Positions 8,550 to 17,269 of a DNA stretch of 64,000 bases are shown here, piece by piece. The position numbers and the translations under genes are program-made. The DNA is from an uncultured delta proteobacterium (lineage in GTDB: Bacteria; Desulfobacterota; Syntrophia; Syntrophales; Smithellaceae): NCBI GenBank assembly GCA_963851005.1, contig CAWKNI010000007.1:1566904-1630903 (forward strand). Direction: 5' to 3'. Numbering within the stretch: position 1 is the first letter of the stretch; each line of letters begins with the position of its first letter. Under the pieces are notes generated by a model. The model was not told where the DNA came from. It worked only from the letters and a program-made list of their open reading frames with translations, and made no database searches.

Positions 8550-8801
8550 CAGTAGATATTTGTCAAAATAAACAAAATAATTTATGGAGAAAAAAGGAGG
8601 TATTCTTGTTCTCTGATTTGATGAGTTCGTAGGAAAGATAATAATGTATAATTAAATTACAAAAAGAAGGATACCACCTTTCCATCCGTAATCCTCAATT
8701 TTGAAAACTATCTCTACTGAACCTTTGTAGGTGTTACCTATTGCAAGCTAGACTTAAGTTTTTCACTATCCGTCAGGTAAAATAATATAGTTCAGATCAC
8801 T

Positions 8802-8929
8802 TATACTATTTCTAAATCAAAGATGATAACGAGGCGGCAAGGCGTATTATACACGCATGACCTTTAGGTTATATGTCGAGGAGACGATGACGAGTCCAAT
8901 GCAGAGAGCGCTTTGATTTGGAATCGGAA
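8802..8929. mobile_element. MITE-like palindrome-ended element, copy 1 (degenerate right end, with a 16-nt mini-palindrome inserted at its centre)
   Basis: Left end TATACTATTTCTAAATCAAAG and right end CTTTGATTTGGAATCGGAA. The interior GAGGCGGCAAGGCGTATTATAC is homologous to the other copies. It abuts the cobO stop codon (8930). Confidence 0.75.
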
Positions 8930-9538
8930 CTAGTACTCAATGCCTGCGCGGTCTTTTATGCCCGCCATGTAATGATGTTTCACTTCCTTAACTTCGCTGA
9001 CGGTATCAGCCAGCTCAATTATTTCCGGCGGCGCATAGCGGCCGGTTAAGATTAGGTCAAGGTTTGCGGGCTTATTTTTAATCAATTTAATGACCTCTGT
9101 TAGAGCAATTAGTTTAAAATCCAGAGCTACGTTGATTTCATCGAGAATGACCATGTCATATTTTCCACTTTTGATTGCTTTTTGGGCCGCATCCAATCCT
9201 TTTTGTGCCAACTCAACATCAATGGCCGCGGGGTTATCACGCATAACAAAACTATCCAGACCGGACATGCGAATGGTTAAATGGGGAAGATATTTTTCCG
9301 CGGCAATAAATTCACCGTACTTTCTTCCTTTCATAAATTGCAGAACAAAAACCTTATAACCCTGACCGATGGCGCGCAGAGCCTGGCCAAAAGCGGCAGT
9401 TGTTTTTCCTTTGCCGTTGCCCGTAATTACTATCACCAAACCCTTGGCTGTCTTTATGGCAGGCTTTTTCACGGCTGTAGATTTCTTTTTTTTGACTGCT
9501 TTGGGTGCGGACATTTTTTTGCTTTTTGTGATCTTCAT
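8930..9538 (-). CDS. cobO: ATP:cob(I)alamin adenosyltransferase (CobA/CobO/BtuR type) with a Lys-rich N-terminal tail
   Basis: P-loop ITGNGKGKTTAAFGQALRA, then VLQFMKG, DMVILDEI, LILTGRYAPPEIIELADTVSEVKEVKHHY and GIEY. Confidence 0.85.
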   Translation of the reverse strand: MKITKSKKMSAPKAVKKKKSTAVKKPAIKTAKGLVIVITGNGKGKTTAAFGQALRAIGQGYKVFVLQFMKGRKYGEFIAAEKYLPHLTIRMSGLDSFVMRDNPAAIDVELAQKGLDAAQKAIKSGKYDMVILDEINVALDFKLIALTEVIKLIKNKPANLDLILTGRYAPPEIIELADTVSEVKEVKHHYMAGIKDRAGIEY

Positions 9539-10509
9539 TTTTCTTCCTGGTTTTTAAAAAATCTTTGGGCAATTTCTTCCGCCACGGAATAAGGATCAGC
9601 TTTTCTGTTTTTTATCTTTTCTGCAAAATGTTTCAGATCACCGCTATCTGCAAGTGAGCTCAAAACCGGTTCCAAAAGGCAGGCGCTCAAAGCATCTTTT
9701 ATTTCCGCCATCGCTTTGCGGTGCATTCTTTCGGTGAGTTTGCCGCTTTGTTGCAGATAAATATGATGCTCTTCTATTTTTTGAGTAAGTTTAGCGGTAT
9801 CTTCGGCAAAAGTATCCGGCTTAAAAGCATCGCCGATCATTACAATAGGCGGCTTCCAGCCATCGGCAGTTTTGGGCGACAAATTAAGCATGGAAGTCAA
9901 TTCCGTTTGCAATTGTTTGGCGCCGACGCGATTGGCTTTATTGATGACGAAAATATCGGCTATTTCCATTAATCCAGCTTTCATTGTCTGAATTTCATCG
10001 CCCATTCCGGGAACCAGAACGACCGCAACGCTGTGCGCGTGATTGATAATGTCAATTTCCTGTTGCCCAATGCCTACTGTTTCGACAATGATTATGTCTT
10101 TTCCCATTGCTTCCATAACGTGAATGGCATCGCCCGCAGCCTGCGAAAGGCCTCCCAGCGCGCCGCGGGTGGCCAGCGACCGGACGAAAACTCCGGTATC
10201 TTCGGCGTGGCGCTGCATGCGGATTCTATCACCCAGAATAGCGCCGCCGGTAAAAGGGCTGGTCGGGTCAACGGCCAGCACGCCGATAGTCTTATTCTGC
10301 TTTCGCAACTCGGTGATCAGCGCGTCAGTCAAAGTGCTTTTGCCGGCTCCAGGCGCTCCGGTTATTCCGATAATGAATGATTTGCCGGTATGGGCGTAAA
10401 GTTTTTTAATCTTAGTCTTGGCTTCGGGAATCTTATCTTCGATATCTCTGATGAGGCGAGAGGCTGAGCGGACATCGCCTGCACAGATTTTTTTAATGGT
10501 GGAATCCAT
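9535..10509 (-). CDS. meaB: methylmalonyl-CoA mutase-associated GTPase MeaB/ArgK
   Basis: GITGAPGAGKSTL, VLAVDPTSPFTGGAILGDRIRM, VETVGIGQ and NKAN (NKxD-like). It overlaps cobO by 4 nt. Confidence 0.9.
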   Translation of the reverse strand: MDSTIKKICAGDVRSASRLIRDIEDKIPEAKTKIKKLYAHTGKSFIIGITGAPGAGKSTLTDALITELRKQNKTIGVLAVDPTSPFTGGAILGDRIRMQRHAEDTGVFVRSLATRGALGGLSQAAGDAIHVMEAMGKDIIIVETVGIGQQEIDIINHAHSVAVVLVPGMGDEIQTMKAGLMEIADIFVINKANRVGAKQLQTELTSMLNLSPKTADGWKPPIVMIGDAFKPDTFAEDTAKLTQKIEEHHIYLQQSGKLTERMHRKAMAEIKDALSACLLEPVLSSLADSGDLKHFAEKIKNRKADPYSVAEEIAQRFFKNQEEK

Positions 10510-10536
10510 ATTGGCTTACCGTTTGAAAAAAATCTT

Positions 10537-10938
10537 TTAGTGCGGTTTTACGTTTGTTCTAATCCATTCCACAATGGAATCAAGGGAAGCGCCGGGAGTA
10601 AAGATAGCTTTGATGCCGGAATCGTAAAGCATGGGGAAATCCTGTTCGGGAATGATGCCACCGCCGATGACGGTAATATCGGATGCGCCTTTTTCATGCA
10701 GAAGTTCCACAACCCGTGGGAAAAGCGCGCGGTGAGCGCCGGAAAGACAACTCAATCCCACCAGATCAACATCTTCCTGAATGGCGGCCGCCGCAATTTG
10801 CTCCGGCGTTTGATGACAGCCCGTATAAACAACCTCAAATCCGGCATCGCGGAAACAACGGGCGAGAATACGGGCGCCGCGGTCGTGTCCATCCAGCCCC
10901 GGTTTGGCAACCATCACACGAATTTTTCTTTCCGGCAT
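10537..10938 (-). CDS. methylmalonyl-CoA mutase, B12-binding small subunit
   Basis: [29 protein letters not shown] carries the DxHxxG cobalamin-binding motif. The protein is 133 aa. Confidence 0.9.
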   Translation of the reverse strand: MPERKIRVMVAKPGLDGHDRGARILARCFRDAGFEVVYTGCHQTPEQIAAAAIQEDVDLVGLSCLSGAHRALFPRVVELLHEKGASDITVIGGGIIPEQDFPMLYDSGIKAIFTPGASLDSIVEWIRTNVKPH

Positions 10939-10972
10939 ATCGACTCCTTAAAATACTGTTATGAATTTGTTC

Positions 10973-11095
10973 GTACCGTTTCGATTTCAAAGGATAACGC
11001 GGCGGCAAGAAGGAGGCGCCGGAGGCGTATTACTAATACGTTGAGGACGCCGACGACGATGCCAACAAAGTTAGCCAAAGAAAGCGAAATGGTAC
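10973..11095. mobile_element. MITE-like element, copy 2 (diverged ends), between the two mcm subunit genes
   Basis: GTACCGTTTCGATTTCAAAG...GGCGTATTACTAATACGTTGAGGACGCCGACGACGATGCCAACAAAG...GAAAGCGAAATGGTAC. It fills the 156-nt gap between the stop at 11095 and the start at 10938. Confidence 0.7.
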
Positions 11096-12777
11096 TAATA
11101 TAGTCCCGGGTCTCGATACTCCCCATAAACTTCCCGATAGACATCACATATTTCCTGCAGGGTAGCCAGATTCTTTACCGCTTCGATGCAGTGCGGCATC
11201 ACGTTTTCGCCTTTTTTACAGGCATTTTTTATATTTTCCAGCGACTTCATGGTGGTGCGGTTATCGCGTCTGCGGCGCACGTCCTTAAGCCTTTTAATTT
11301 GCTCTTCGCCCACCTTTTCATCAATATCAACAAGCGGAATCGGATGTTTGGCGTCGGTTTCATATTTGTTCACTCCAACCATGATCTTGTCGCCCGCATC
11401 CAACTGTCTTTGAAACCTGTAAGCAGCTTCGGATATTTCCATCTGCGGGAACCCTTTTTCAATAGCGGTAATCATACCGCCCATCTCATCAATCTTATGA
11501 ATATATTCCCATGCTTTTTCTTCCATTTCGTTGGTGAGAGACTCGATAAAGTACGAACCGGCCAGCGGATCAATGGTATTGGCCACTCCCGTTTCTTCGG
11601 CTAATATTTGCTGCGTGCGCAGAGCGATTTCTACGGCATGCTCGGAAGGCAGGCAGAGAACCTCATCCAGCGAATTGGTGTGCAGCGATTGTGTGCCGCC
11701 AAGCACTGCCGCCAGGGCTTCCATTGTCGTGCGGATAACATTGTTGTATGGCTGTTGCGCTGTCAGTGAACATCCGGCCGTCTGGGTGTGGAAACGAAGC
11801 CACCACGAGCGGGGATTTTTCGCCCGGAAACGATCTTTCATAATTTTAGCCCACATGCGGCGCGCGGCCCTCAGTTTGCAAATTTCTTCAAAAAAATCGA
11901 TGTGAGAATTAAAAAAGAAAGACAAGCGAGGGGCAAAGTCATCAACGTTTAATTTCTTGCGGCGGACGACATCTTCAACGTATTCGATGCCGTCGCGGAT
12001 AGTGAAAGCCAGCTCCTGTACAGCCGTGGAACCTGCCTCACGAATGTGATAACCACTGATGCTGATTGTATTCCAATTGGGAACAAATTTTGTGCCGAAC
12101 TCAACCGTGTCGCTGATAAGCTTTACGGAAGGTTCCGGCGGGCACATAAAGGTTTTTTGGGCAATAAATTCTTTGAGCATATCATTTTGGATGGTGCCGC
12201 CGATTTTGGTAAGCGGCACGCCTTTGGCTTCAGCCGCCGCGCAATACATCGCCCATAACACGGTCGCCGGAGGATTAATTGTCATGGAAGTTGTAACCTC
12301 ATCCATAGGAATATCTTTCATGAGAGCCAGAAAATCTTCCAGTGTGTCTATGGCCACGCCGCATTTTCCCACTTCGCCCAGCGCTTTAGGTGAATCGCTG
12401 TCGTAGCCCATGAGTGTCGGAAAATCGAAAGCTGTACTTAAGCCCGTTTGCCCCTGACGCAGCAGCAAGTGCCAACGCTGGTTGGTATCCTGCGCGCTGC
12501 CCATGCCCGAGAACATACGGAATGTCCAGTAACGTCCCCGATAACCGGTCACCTGATTGCCGCGCAAATAAGGAAATTCGCCGGGAACACTGATATCTTT
12601 GGCGAAGTCTATGTCTTTAATATCTTCCGGAGTATAAAGCCTTTTGATTTCCAGATCGGAAATGGTGGAAAAACGATTTTTCTGATCGGGATTATTTTTT
12701 AGTGATTTTTTTACTTCATTCACCCATTTTTGGGTGAGTTTTAATGAAGCTTCCCGCATTTCTTTGGAGAAATACAC
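11095..12777 (-). CDS. methylmalonyl-CoA mutase, large catalytic (N-terminal TIM-barrel) subunit
   Basis: 560 aa, with FPYLRGNQVTGYRGRYWTFRMFSGMGSAQDTNQRW, LSTAFDFPTLMGYDSD and HTQTAGCSLTAQQPYNNV. Confidence 0.92.
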   Translation of the reverse strand: MYFSKEMREASLKLTQKWVNEVKKSLKNNPDQKNRFSTISDLEIKRLYTPEDIKDIDFAKDISVPGEFPYLRGNQVTGYRGRYWTFRMFSGMGSAQDTNQRWHLLLRQGQTGLSTAFDFPTLMGYDSDSPKALGEVGKCGVAIDTLEDFLALMKDIPMDEVTTSMTINPPATVLWAMYCAAAEAKGVPLTKIGGTIQNDMLKEFIAQKTFMCPPEPSVKLISDTVEFGTKFVPNWNTISISGYHIREAGSTAVQELAFTIRDGIEYVEDVVRRKKLNVDDFAPRLSFFFNSHIDFFEEICKLRAARRMWAKIMKDRFRAKNPRSWWLRFHTQTAGCSLTAQQPYNNVIRTTMEALAAVLGGTQSLHTNSLDEVLCLPSEHAVEIALRTQQILAEETGVANTIDPLAGSYFIESLTNEMEEKAWEYIHKIDEMGGMITAIEKGFPQMEISEAAYRFQRQLDAGDKIMVGVNKYETDAKHPIPLVDIDEKVGEEQIKRLKDVRRRRDNRTTMKSLENIKNACKKGENVMPHCIEAVKNLATLQEICDVYREVYGEYRDPGLY

Positions 12778-13045
12778 TATCTGTCCTCCTCAATATTAGC
12801 TTACATAATAATTAAGAATAATTGCTTACAAAAACTAAAAGGCACTAACTCAAAACTTTTGTTTTTGTCAAGATATATTCATTGAAAGCGTCGCGCATGT
12901 AAATATATGAAGAAAGCTCCTGCATGTCAAAGCAATTTTGGCCGAACCAAGTATCTCGTATTTTCTATGACGGAGAATTTGAAATGCTGACGTTGATGAA
13001 TAATAGCGGAGTTGGATAATAGTATCTATATATATTTCAATATAA

Positions 13046-13086
13046 AAGGGGTTTGTTCCTTATTTTATTTCGGGAACAAACCCCTT
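13046..13086 (-). terminator. intrinsic terminator downstream of the adhesin gene (usable in both directions)
   Basis: 14-bp stem AAGGGGTTTGTTCC...GGAACAAACCCCTT. On the minus strand it is followed by TTTTATATT. Confidence 0.65.
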
Positions 13087-13130
13087 GTTTGGTTTAACGA
13101 TATTTGTTGCTATCGTCTTTTGCTGACGGA

Positions 13131-14711
13131 TTAAAAGCTGTAGGAGAATCCCGCATTAGCCGAAGCCGTTGAGTTGGGGCCGTCTCCCAAGCCGAAACCT
13201 ACACCTGCCGTTATGCTGAGGCTATCAAACAGACTTGCCTTCAGGCCGATAGCGAGAGCGCTTTCATTTTCGAAGTACCCATAGCCGGCGCCAATAGCAA
13301 ATTTTTTGCCGGGCATCGTGCTGGGAATTGCCGCCAAAGCCGACACAGAAGCAATACCTGAATAAGCCTTCTGTAACTGGCGGTAGTTGACAGCGTCGTA
13401 GTCAGTTTCGCCATCGGCAACTCCTGTTACGCGGGCAGGGCCATTGTTGTTAAAGGTGGCACCCCAATTGTTCAGGGTCAGCGAGGTGGAACTGGTGCCA
13501 CCGGACAGAACGGTGCTATCCGTCTTGACGGTCAGTCCGTGTCCCGTGCTGTTCAGCAGGGAAGCAACGGTAGCGCCGGGGGCACCGGAGGCGGTGAGGC
13601 CATTATTTACCGTAAGCCCGCTACCATCAGCGGTCTGGGCTGTTAACTGATTATTTGTAGCTGTAAAGGTAGACCCGCCTGTCACGCCCATGGTGGCAGA
13701 ATTGTGGGTGAGGTCCACGCTGGCATTGCTTCCAGACATATAGCTTTCCGTTGTGCCGGTGATGGTATTGGTATTTGCTGAGATTATATTCGAGCCGTTC
13801 GTGGTATTGGCCGTTATGTAGTTTACGCCGTTTGGGGCTGTTGCCAGTATGTCGTTTTCGCCGTTGCTGGTGCCGCCGATGGTTACAGCGGTTGTGGTGC
13901 CGTTATTGGTTGCCTGCAGTACCTGGATTTCAGGTGTTGATGCAGTGCCGACCGCTAGAGTAGCTGCACTATCTGCCAGCGTAAGGCTGGAAGAATCCTC
14001 GGTGGAACCGCCGCCGGTTAGAACTGTGTTAGTCGGATTAATCGTCAGTCCGTGACCACCGTTAGCCGCGCTGTTCAGCACGCTCACAGTGCCACCGTTA
14101 TTAATCGTAACTCCACTGCCGTCTTGGGTTGCCAAAGTGGCACTTGCCGCACCCAAAGTCAGCGTTGACATTGCAGACCCGTTGCCGCCGGTCATGGTAG
14201 CGGAAGTCGTGTCGGCACTGATGCCGTTTACATTGCCGCCTGCGTTAGTAACGCCAATAGTCATGCTGTTGTTTGCAACATTCAGCACGCCGGTGCCAGT
14301 GATGTTGGCAGCGGCGCCGTTGGTGTCAACAGTCAGTGAATTGTTGACTGTAGTTGCGCCGTTTAACGTTGTCGTGCCGGTGACGCCGAGTGTTCCGCCA
14401 ACAGTGGCATTATTGGAAACGGCTACAGTGGTGCTTTCCAAAGTTGTAGTTGCGACAGTGGCATTTATAAGGGTAGTGGCGCTGCCGCCAGTACCATTTG
14501 TGACTGTAAAAACCCCATCTCCGTCATTATCGTTATCCACGATAATGTTAAGTGTATCAGTCGATATCGTACTGCTTTCGTCACTCCCAGCCCCCGTGGG
14601 TGCGCTAAAACCAGTAAGGGTTCCCGCCCTTAAAGACACTGGCGTCAACATTACTGCCATCATCGCGACAAGAAAAAAAACTCCTGTCATTTTCAAAAAT
14701 TTCTCTTTCAT
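13131..14711 (-). CDS. trimeric autotransporter adhesin (YadA-like C-terminal anchor)
   Basis: C-terminus: VNYRQLQKAYSGIASVSALAAIP...GAGYGYFENESALAIGLKA...ANAGFSYSF. The passenger domain is T/G/N/A-rich and repetitive. Start is MKEKFLKMTGVFFLVAMMAVM, preceded by AAGGAGGGGG. The track's ORF extension to 15008 was rejected. Confidence 0.8.
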   Translation of the reverse strand: MKEKFLKMTGVFFLVAMMAVMLTPVSLRAGTLTGFSAPTGAGSDESSTISTDTLNIIVDNDNDGDGVFTVTNGTGGSATTLINATVATTTLESTTVAVSNNATVGGTLGVTGTTTLNGATTVNNSLTVDTNGAAANITGTGVLNVANNSMTIGVTNAGGNVNGISADTTSATMTGGNGSAMSTLTLGAASATLATQDGSGVTINNGGTVSVLNSAANGGHGLTINPTNTVLTGGGSTEDSSSLTLADSAATLAVGTASTPEIQVLQATNNGTTTAVTIGGTSNGENDILATAPNGVNYITANTTNGSNIISANTNTITGTTESYMSGSNASVDLTHNSATMGVTGGSTFTATNNQLTAQTADGSGLTVNNGLTASGAPGATVASLLNSTGHGLTVKTDSTVLSGGTSSTSLTLNNWGATFNNNGPARVTGVADGETDYDAVNYRQLQKAYSGIASVSALAAIPSTMPGKKFAIGAGYGYFENESALAIGLKASLFDSLSITAGVGFGLGDGPNSTASANAGFSYSF

Positions 14712-15097
14712 AAACCCCCTCCTTGTTTTGTTGAATTCAATTATTTTCCTGTTTTTTGCATCATTACGACACATCCTACCCCCCCTTTTTATCCTTATTT
14801 TAATTTTAAGCCGGTAAATGCCGGACAAATACATGCTATCAATTACTATAATGAACGTCTTATTCCATCGGCCAGATTTTTTAAATTCGCTACCAGGGAA
14901 GAGGCAATATGAGCACTCCCTAAAAAATAATGTTTTAAAACAAGTCAATGACGTTGCAAATATCGCCTCTTTTACTAGAAAATTAATGTAAGGAATGAAG
15001 GAAAACAATACTGATTAATTGTAAGGAGAATAATAGGTAATGCCTACCATTGATATAAAGATAAAAAACATACAAATATTATTTATGAATAAATTTG

Positions 15098-15667
15098 TTA
15101 CCTGATAATTTCCTTTTTGATGGATACGCACCCAGCTCCCGCCGGCATCAGAAAGACTTTCGTCGATACTCCGCCATTGAGTATATTAATATTCTTTGTT
15201 AACAAGCCCATCTTTTTGAATGTGCCGAAATTCTTTTCGGCTACTTCAGTGCATTTCTGGGGCCAGTAAACGACGTTTTCATACATGCCCGTACACCCGT
15301 TGGCCTGATTAGGGGCGAAACTGGCACTGGCATAGGCGAAAGAATCCTTTAACGGAATTTCCATGGATGTGGAAAACATCTGTTGGTCGGGATAGTTCGG
15401 CGGCAGGAACATCAAGGCGCCGGTTCCCTGAGTGCCGGCAGTGAGGAAATTCGCCACCTGGTTGATCCGGCTGGTGCAGGAAAGAACTCCGGCATTGACG
15501 GCAGCCTGGGTGATGCTGTTCACATTGGATGCCACCGGTTTACTGATCGGAGCCTGCGTTTTCGATGGCACTGCCGTAGGTTTTTCTTCGGCTACTGCCA
15601 TGGAGACCAAAGATGCGATAACAAAAATTAATATCAGCATCAAACTAAGAATTGTTCTTTTGGGCAT
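15098..15667 (-). CDS. hypothetical secreted protein
   Basis: 189-aa ORF with an N-terminal signal-like helix (LSLMLILIFVIASLVSMAVA) and four Cys residues. I recognise no family. Confidence 0.55.
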   Translation of the reverse strand: MPKRTILSLMLILIFVIASLVSMAVAEEKPTAVPSKTQAPISKPVASNVNSITQAAVNAGVLSCTSRINQVANFLTAGTQGTGALMFLPPNYPDQQMFSTSMEIPLKDSFAYASASFAPNQANGCTGMYENVVYWPQKCTEVAEKNFGTFKKMGLLTKNINILNGGVSTKVFLMPAGAGCVSIKKEIIR

Positions 15668-15926
15668 GTTATCTCCTTTTGAAAATAAAATAAATACCAG
15701 CCATTCAGAGGGTGTTAAAACTTAAACTTCAAAAACGAAAGGAAATTCATTAATCGGATTAATGCTTTTCCAAGAGTATATTTTGGGGATAAAAGATAGT
15801 TTTTAATATCAATTTTTAAAGGCATAGTAAAGAATTATTTTGACAATATAAGTCTTTAATCCCCAGGCTCCAGACGGGGAAGTATGCAGTAACTGGATGG
15901 TAGCCACGTTATCCCGCAAAACGATG

Positions 15927-16059
15927 TATTATACCAATTCTAAATCAAAGCGCTATTTTTGTTGGCTTCGTTGTCGGCTTCCTCAACGTATGTAAAATAC
16001 GCCTCGTCGCCTCTGCCTAGCCGCCTCAATATCATCTTTGATTTAGAAATGGTATTATA
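15927..16059. mobile_element. MITE-like element, copy 3 (archetype)
   Basis: TATTATACCAATTCTAAATCAAAG CGCTATTTTTGTTGGCTTCGTTGTCGGCTTCCTCAACGTATGTAAAATACGCCTCGTCGCCTCTGCCTAGCCGCCTCAATATCAT CTTTGATTTAGAAATGGTATTATA. It is followed at 16060-16085 by a family-2 hairpin, CCCCAcagcttacgTTGGGGTATAAT. Confidence 0.85.
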
Positions 16060-16163
16060 CCCCACAGCTTACGTTGGGGTATAATATCCGTGGTTGACAT
16101 AAAAACTGTTTTTCTATACTTTCTTTTCTTGCAAACAATATCTTATCAAAACGAAAAAATACT

Positions 16164-17120
16164 ATGAGCATAATGCGTTCTTATTCAGGCATCATCAAAC
16201 GAATTATATCCATGCACGGTTGTACTTCACTGAAGCTCTATCGTTCTCTGCTGATAAAAAGCGGGGTGCAAGAAGATAACGCCGTGAGTATCACTTGGCT
16301 TGGAACGGCCGGGGTGTTGGTATCGGATGGTTTGACCGGCATATTAATCGATCCCTATGTCAGCCGCTTCGGATTTTTCAAAATAGCCTTGGGCTTACCC
16401 CTGCAACCGGATAAAGCTTTGGTGAAACGCTGGATAGCGCGTCTGGAGAAAGTTCCCATTGGAGTTGTGGCTGTCAGCCACTCTCACTTTGATCATTGTC
16501 TTGACGCGCCTTATTTCGCCATGGAATCAGGAGCATTCCTGATGGGTTCCGAAAGCACCATCAACGTGGGACGCGGGGCCTCTTTAGCGGAGGACTGCCT
16601 CAAAGCGGTAAAGACCGATCAGGCCATCACGGTGGGAGCATATAATCTCCGGTTCATTGAAAGTCGTCATGGGCCGGCCTTTTTAGGGAGAGTGCCATAT
16701 AAAGGGACGATTGATAAACCGCTCATCCCGCCGCGAGCCGCCAGAGACTATAAACTGGGGCAGACCTACGCCATTCTGATTTCACACCCAGCCGGAACGA
16801 TTTTGCACCACGGCAGCGCCGGATTTGTGTCCGGCATGTATGAAGGGATAACGGCGGATGTTGTTTTGCTGGGCATTGTCGGCCGGGGTGACACGGAGAC
16901 GTACTTGAAAAATATTCCCATTAAGCTTGGGGCTAAACTTGTTATTCCCATCCATTTCGATAATTTCTTCGTGCCGCTCGAAAAAGGTTTGAGAATCTTG
17001 ACCACAGCTAATTTCAGGGAATTCTGCGCCGTGGCGGACAGGCATCGCGACAGTTTTGAACTCAAGACATTATCGCTGGGCGAAAAGACGACGATTCTGC
17101 CAGCAAAGAAAGCGCTTTAA
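16164..17120 (+). CDS. MBL-fold metallo-hydrolase
   Basis: VAVSHSHFDHCLDAP carries the HxHxDH motif. The true start may lie downstream of the track's start. Confidence 0.7.
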   Translation: MSIMRSYSGIIKRIISMHGCTSLKLYRSLLIKSGVQEDNAVSITWLGTAGVLVSDGLTGILIDPYVSRFGFFKIALGLPLQPDKALVKRWIARLEKVPIGVVAVSHSHFDHCLDAPYFAMESGAFLMGSESTINVGRGASLAEDCLKAVKTDQAITVGAYNLRFIESRHGPAFLGRVPYKGTIDKPLIPPRAARDYKLGQTYAILISHPAGTILHHGSAGFVSGMYEGITADVVLLGIVGRGDTETYLKNIPIKLGAKLVIPIHFDNFFVPLEKGLRILTTANFREFCAVADRHRDSFELKTLSLGEKTTILPAKKAL

Positions 17121-17269
17121 TTTATGAGCGATAAGAATGGCCAGATAGGCAAGAGATCCCGGAGCTTTAAAGGCTTTTCTCAGCCCGTAGATTCTCGCTG
17201 CTGCTATTGGTTTTAAAAAAGCGAATTATTCCTGAAAAGAGGCTATCAGGAAAATTGACAACAGATCAA

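Noticed and set aside
10540-11103. 187-aa plus-strand ORF containing RRRRRR, and the ORF at 10683-10964.
   Set aside because: It is antisense to the well-supported B12-binding subunit gene. Its C-terminal part is simply a read-through of repeat element copy 2, whose GC-rich purine arm gives the Arg run.
14089-14817. 242-aa plus-strand ORF, and the smaller ORFs at 13444-13650, 13775-13963 and 13849-14055.
   Set aside because: They are antisense shadows of the low-complexity adhesin passenger region. Their Pro/Val/Leu-rich translations have no start context, and the minus-strand gene has a clear YadA anchor.
13131-15008. The 625-aa version of the adhesin ORF given in the track.
   Set aside because: The first 99 codons lack signal-peptide character. 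An internal ATG at 14711 has a strong SD (AAGGAGGGGG) and is followed immediately by a typical signal peptide.
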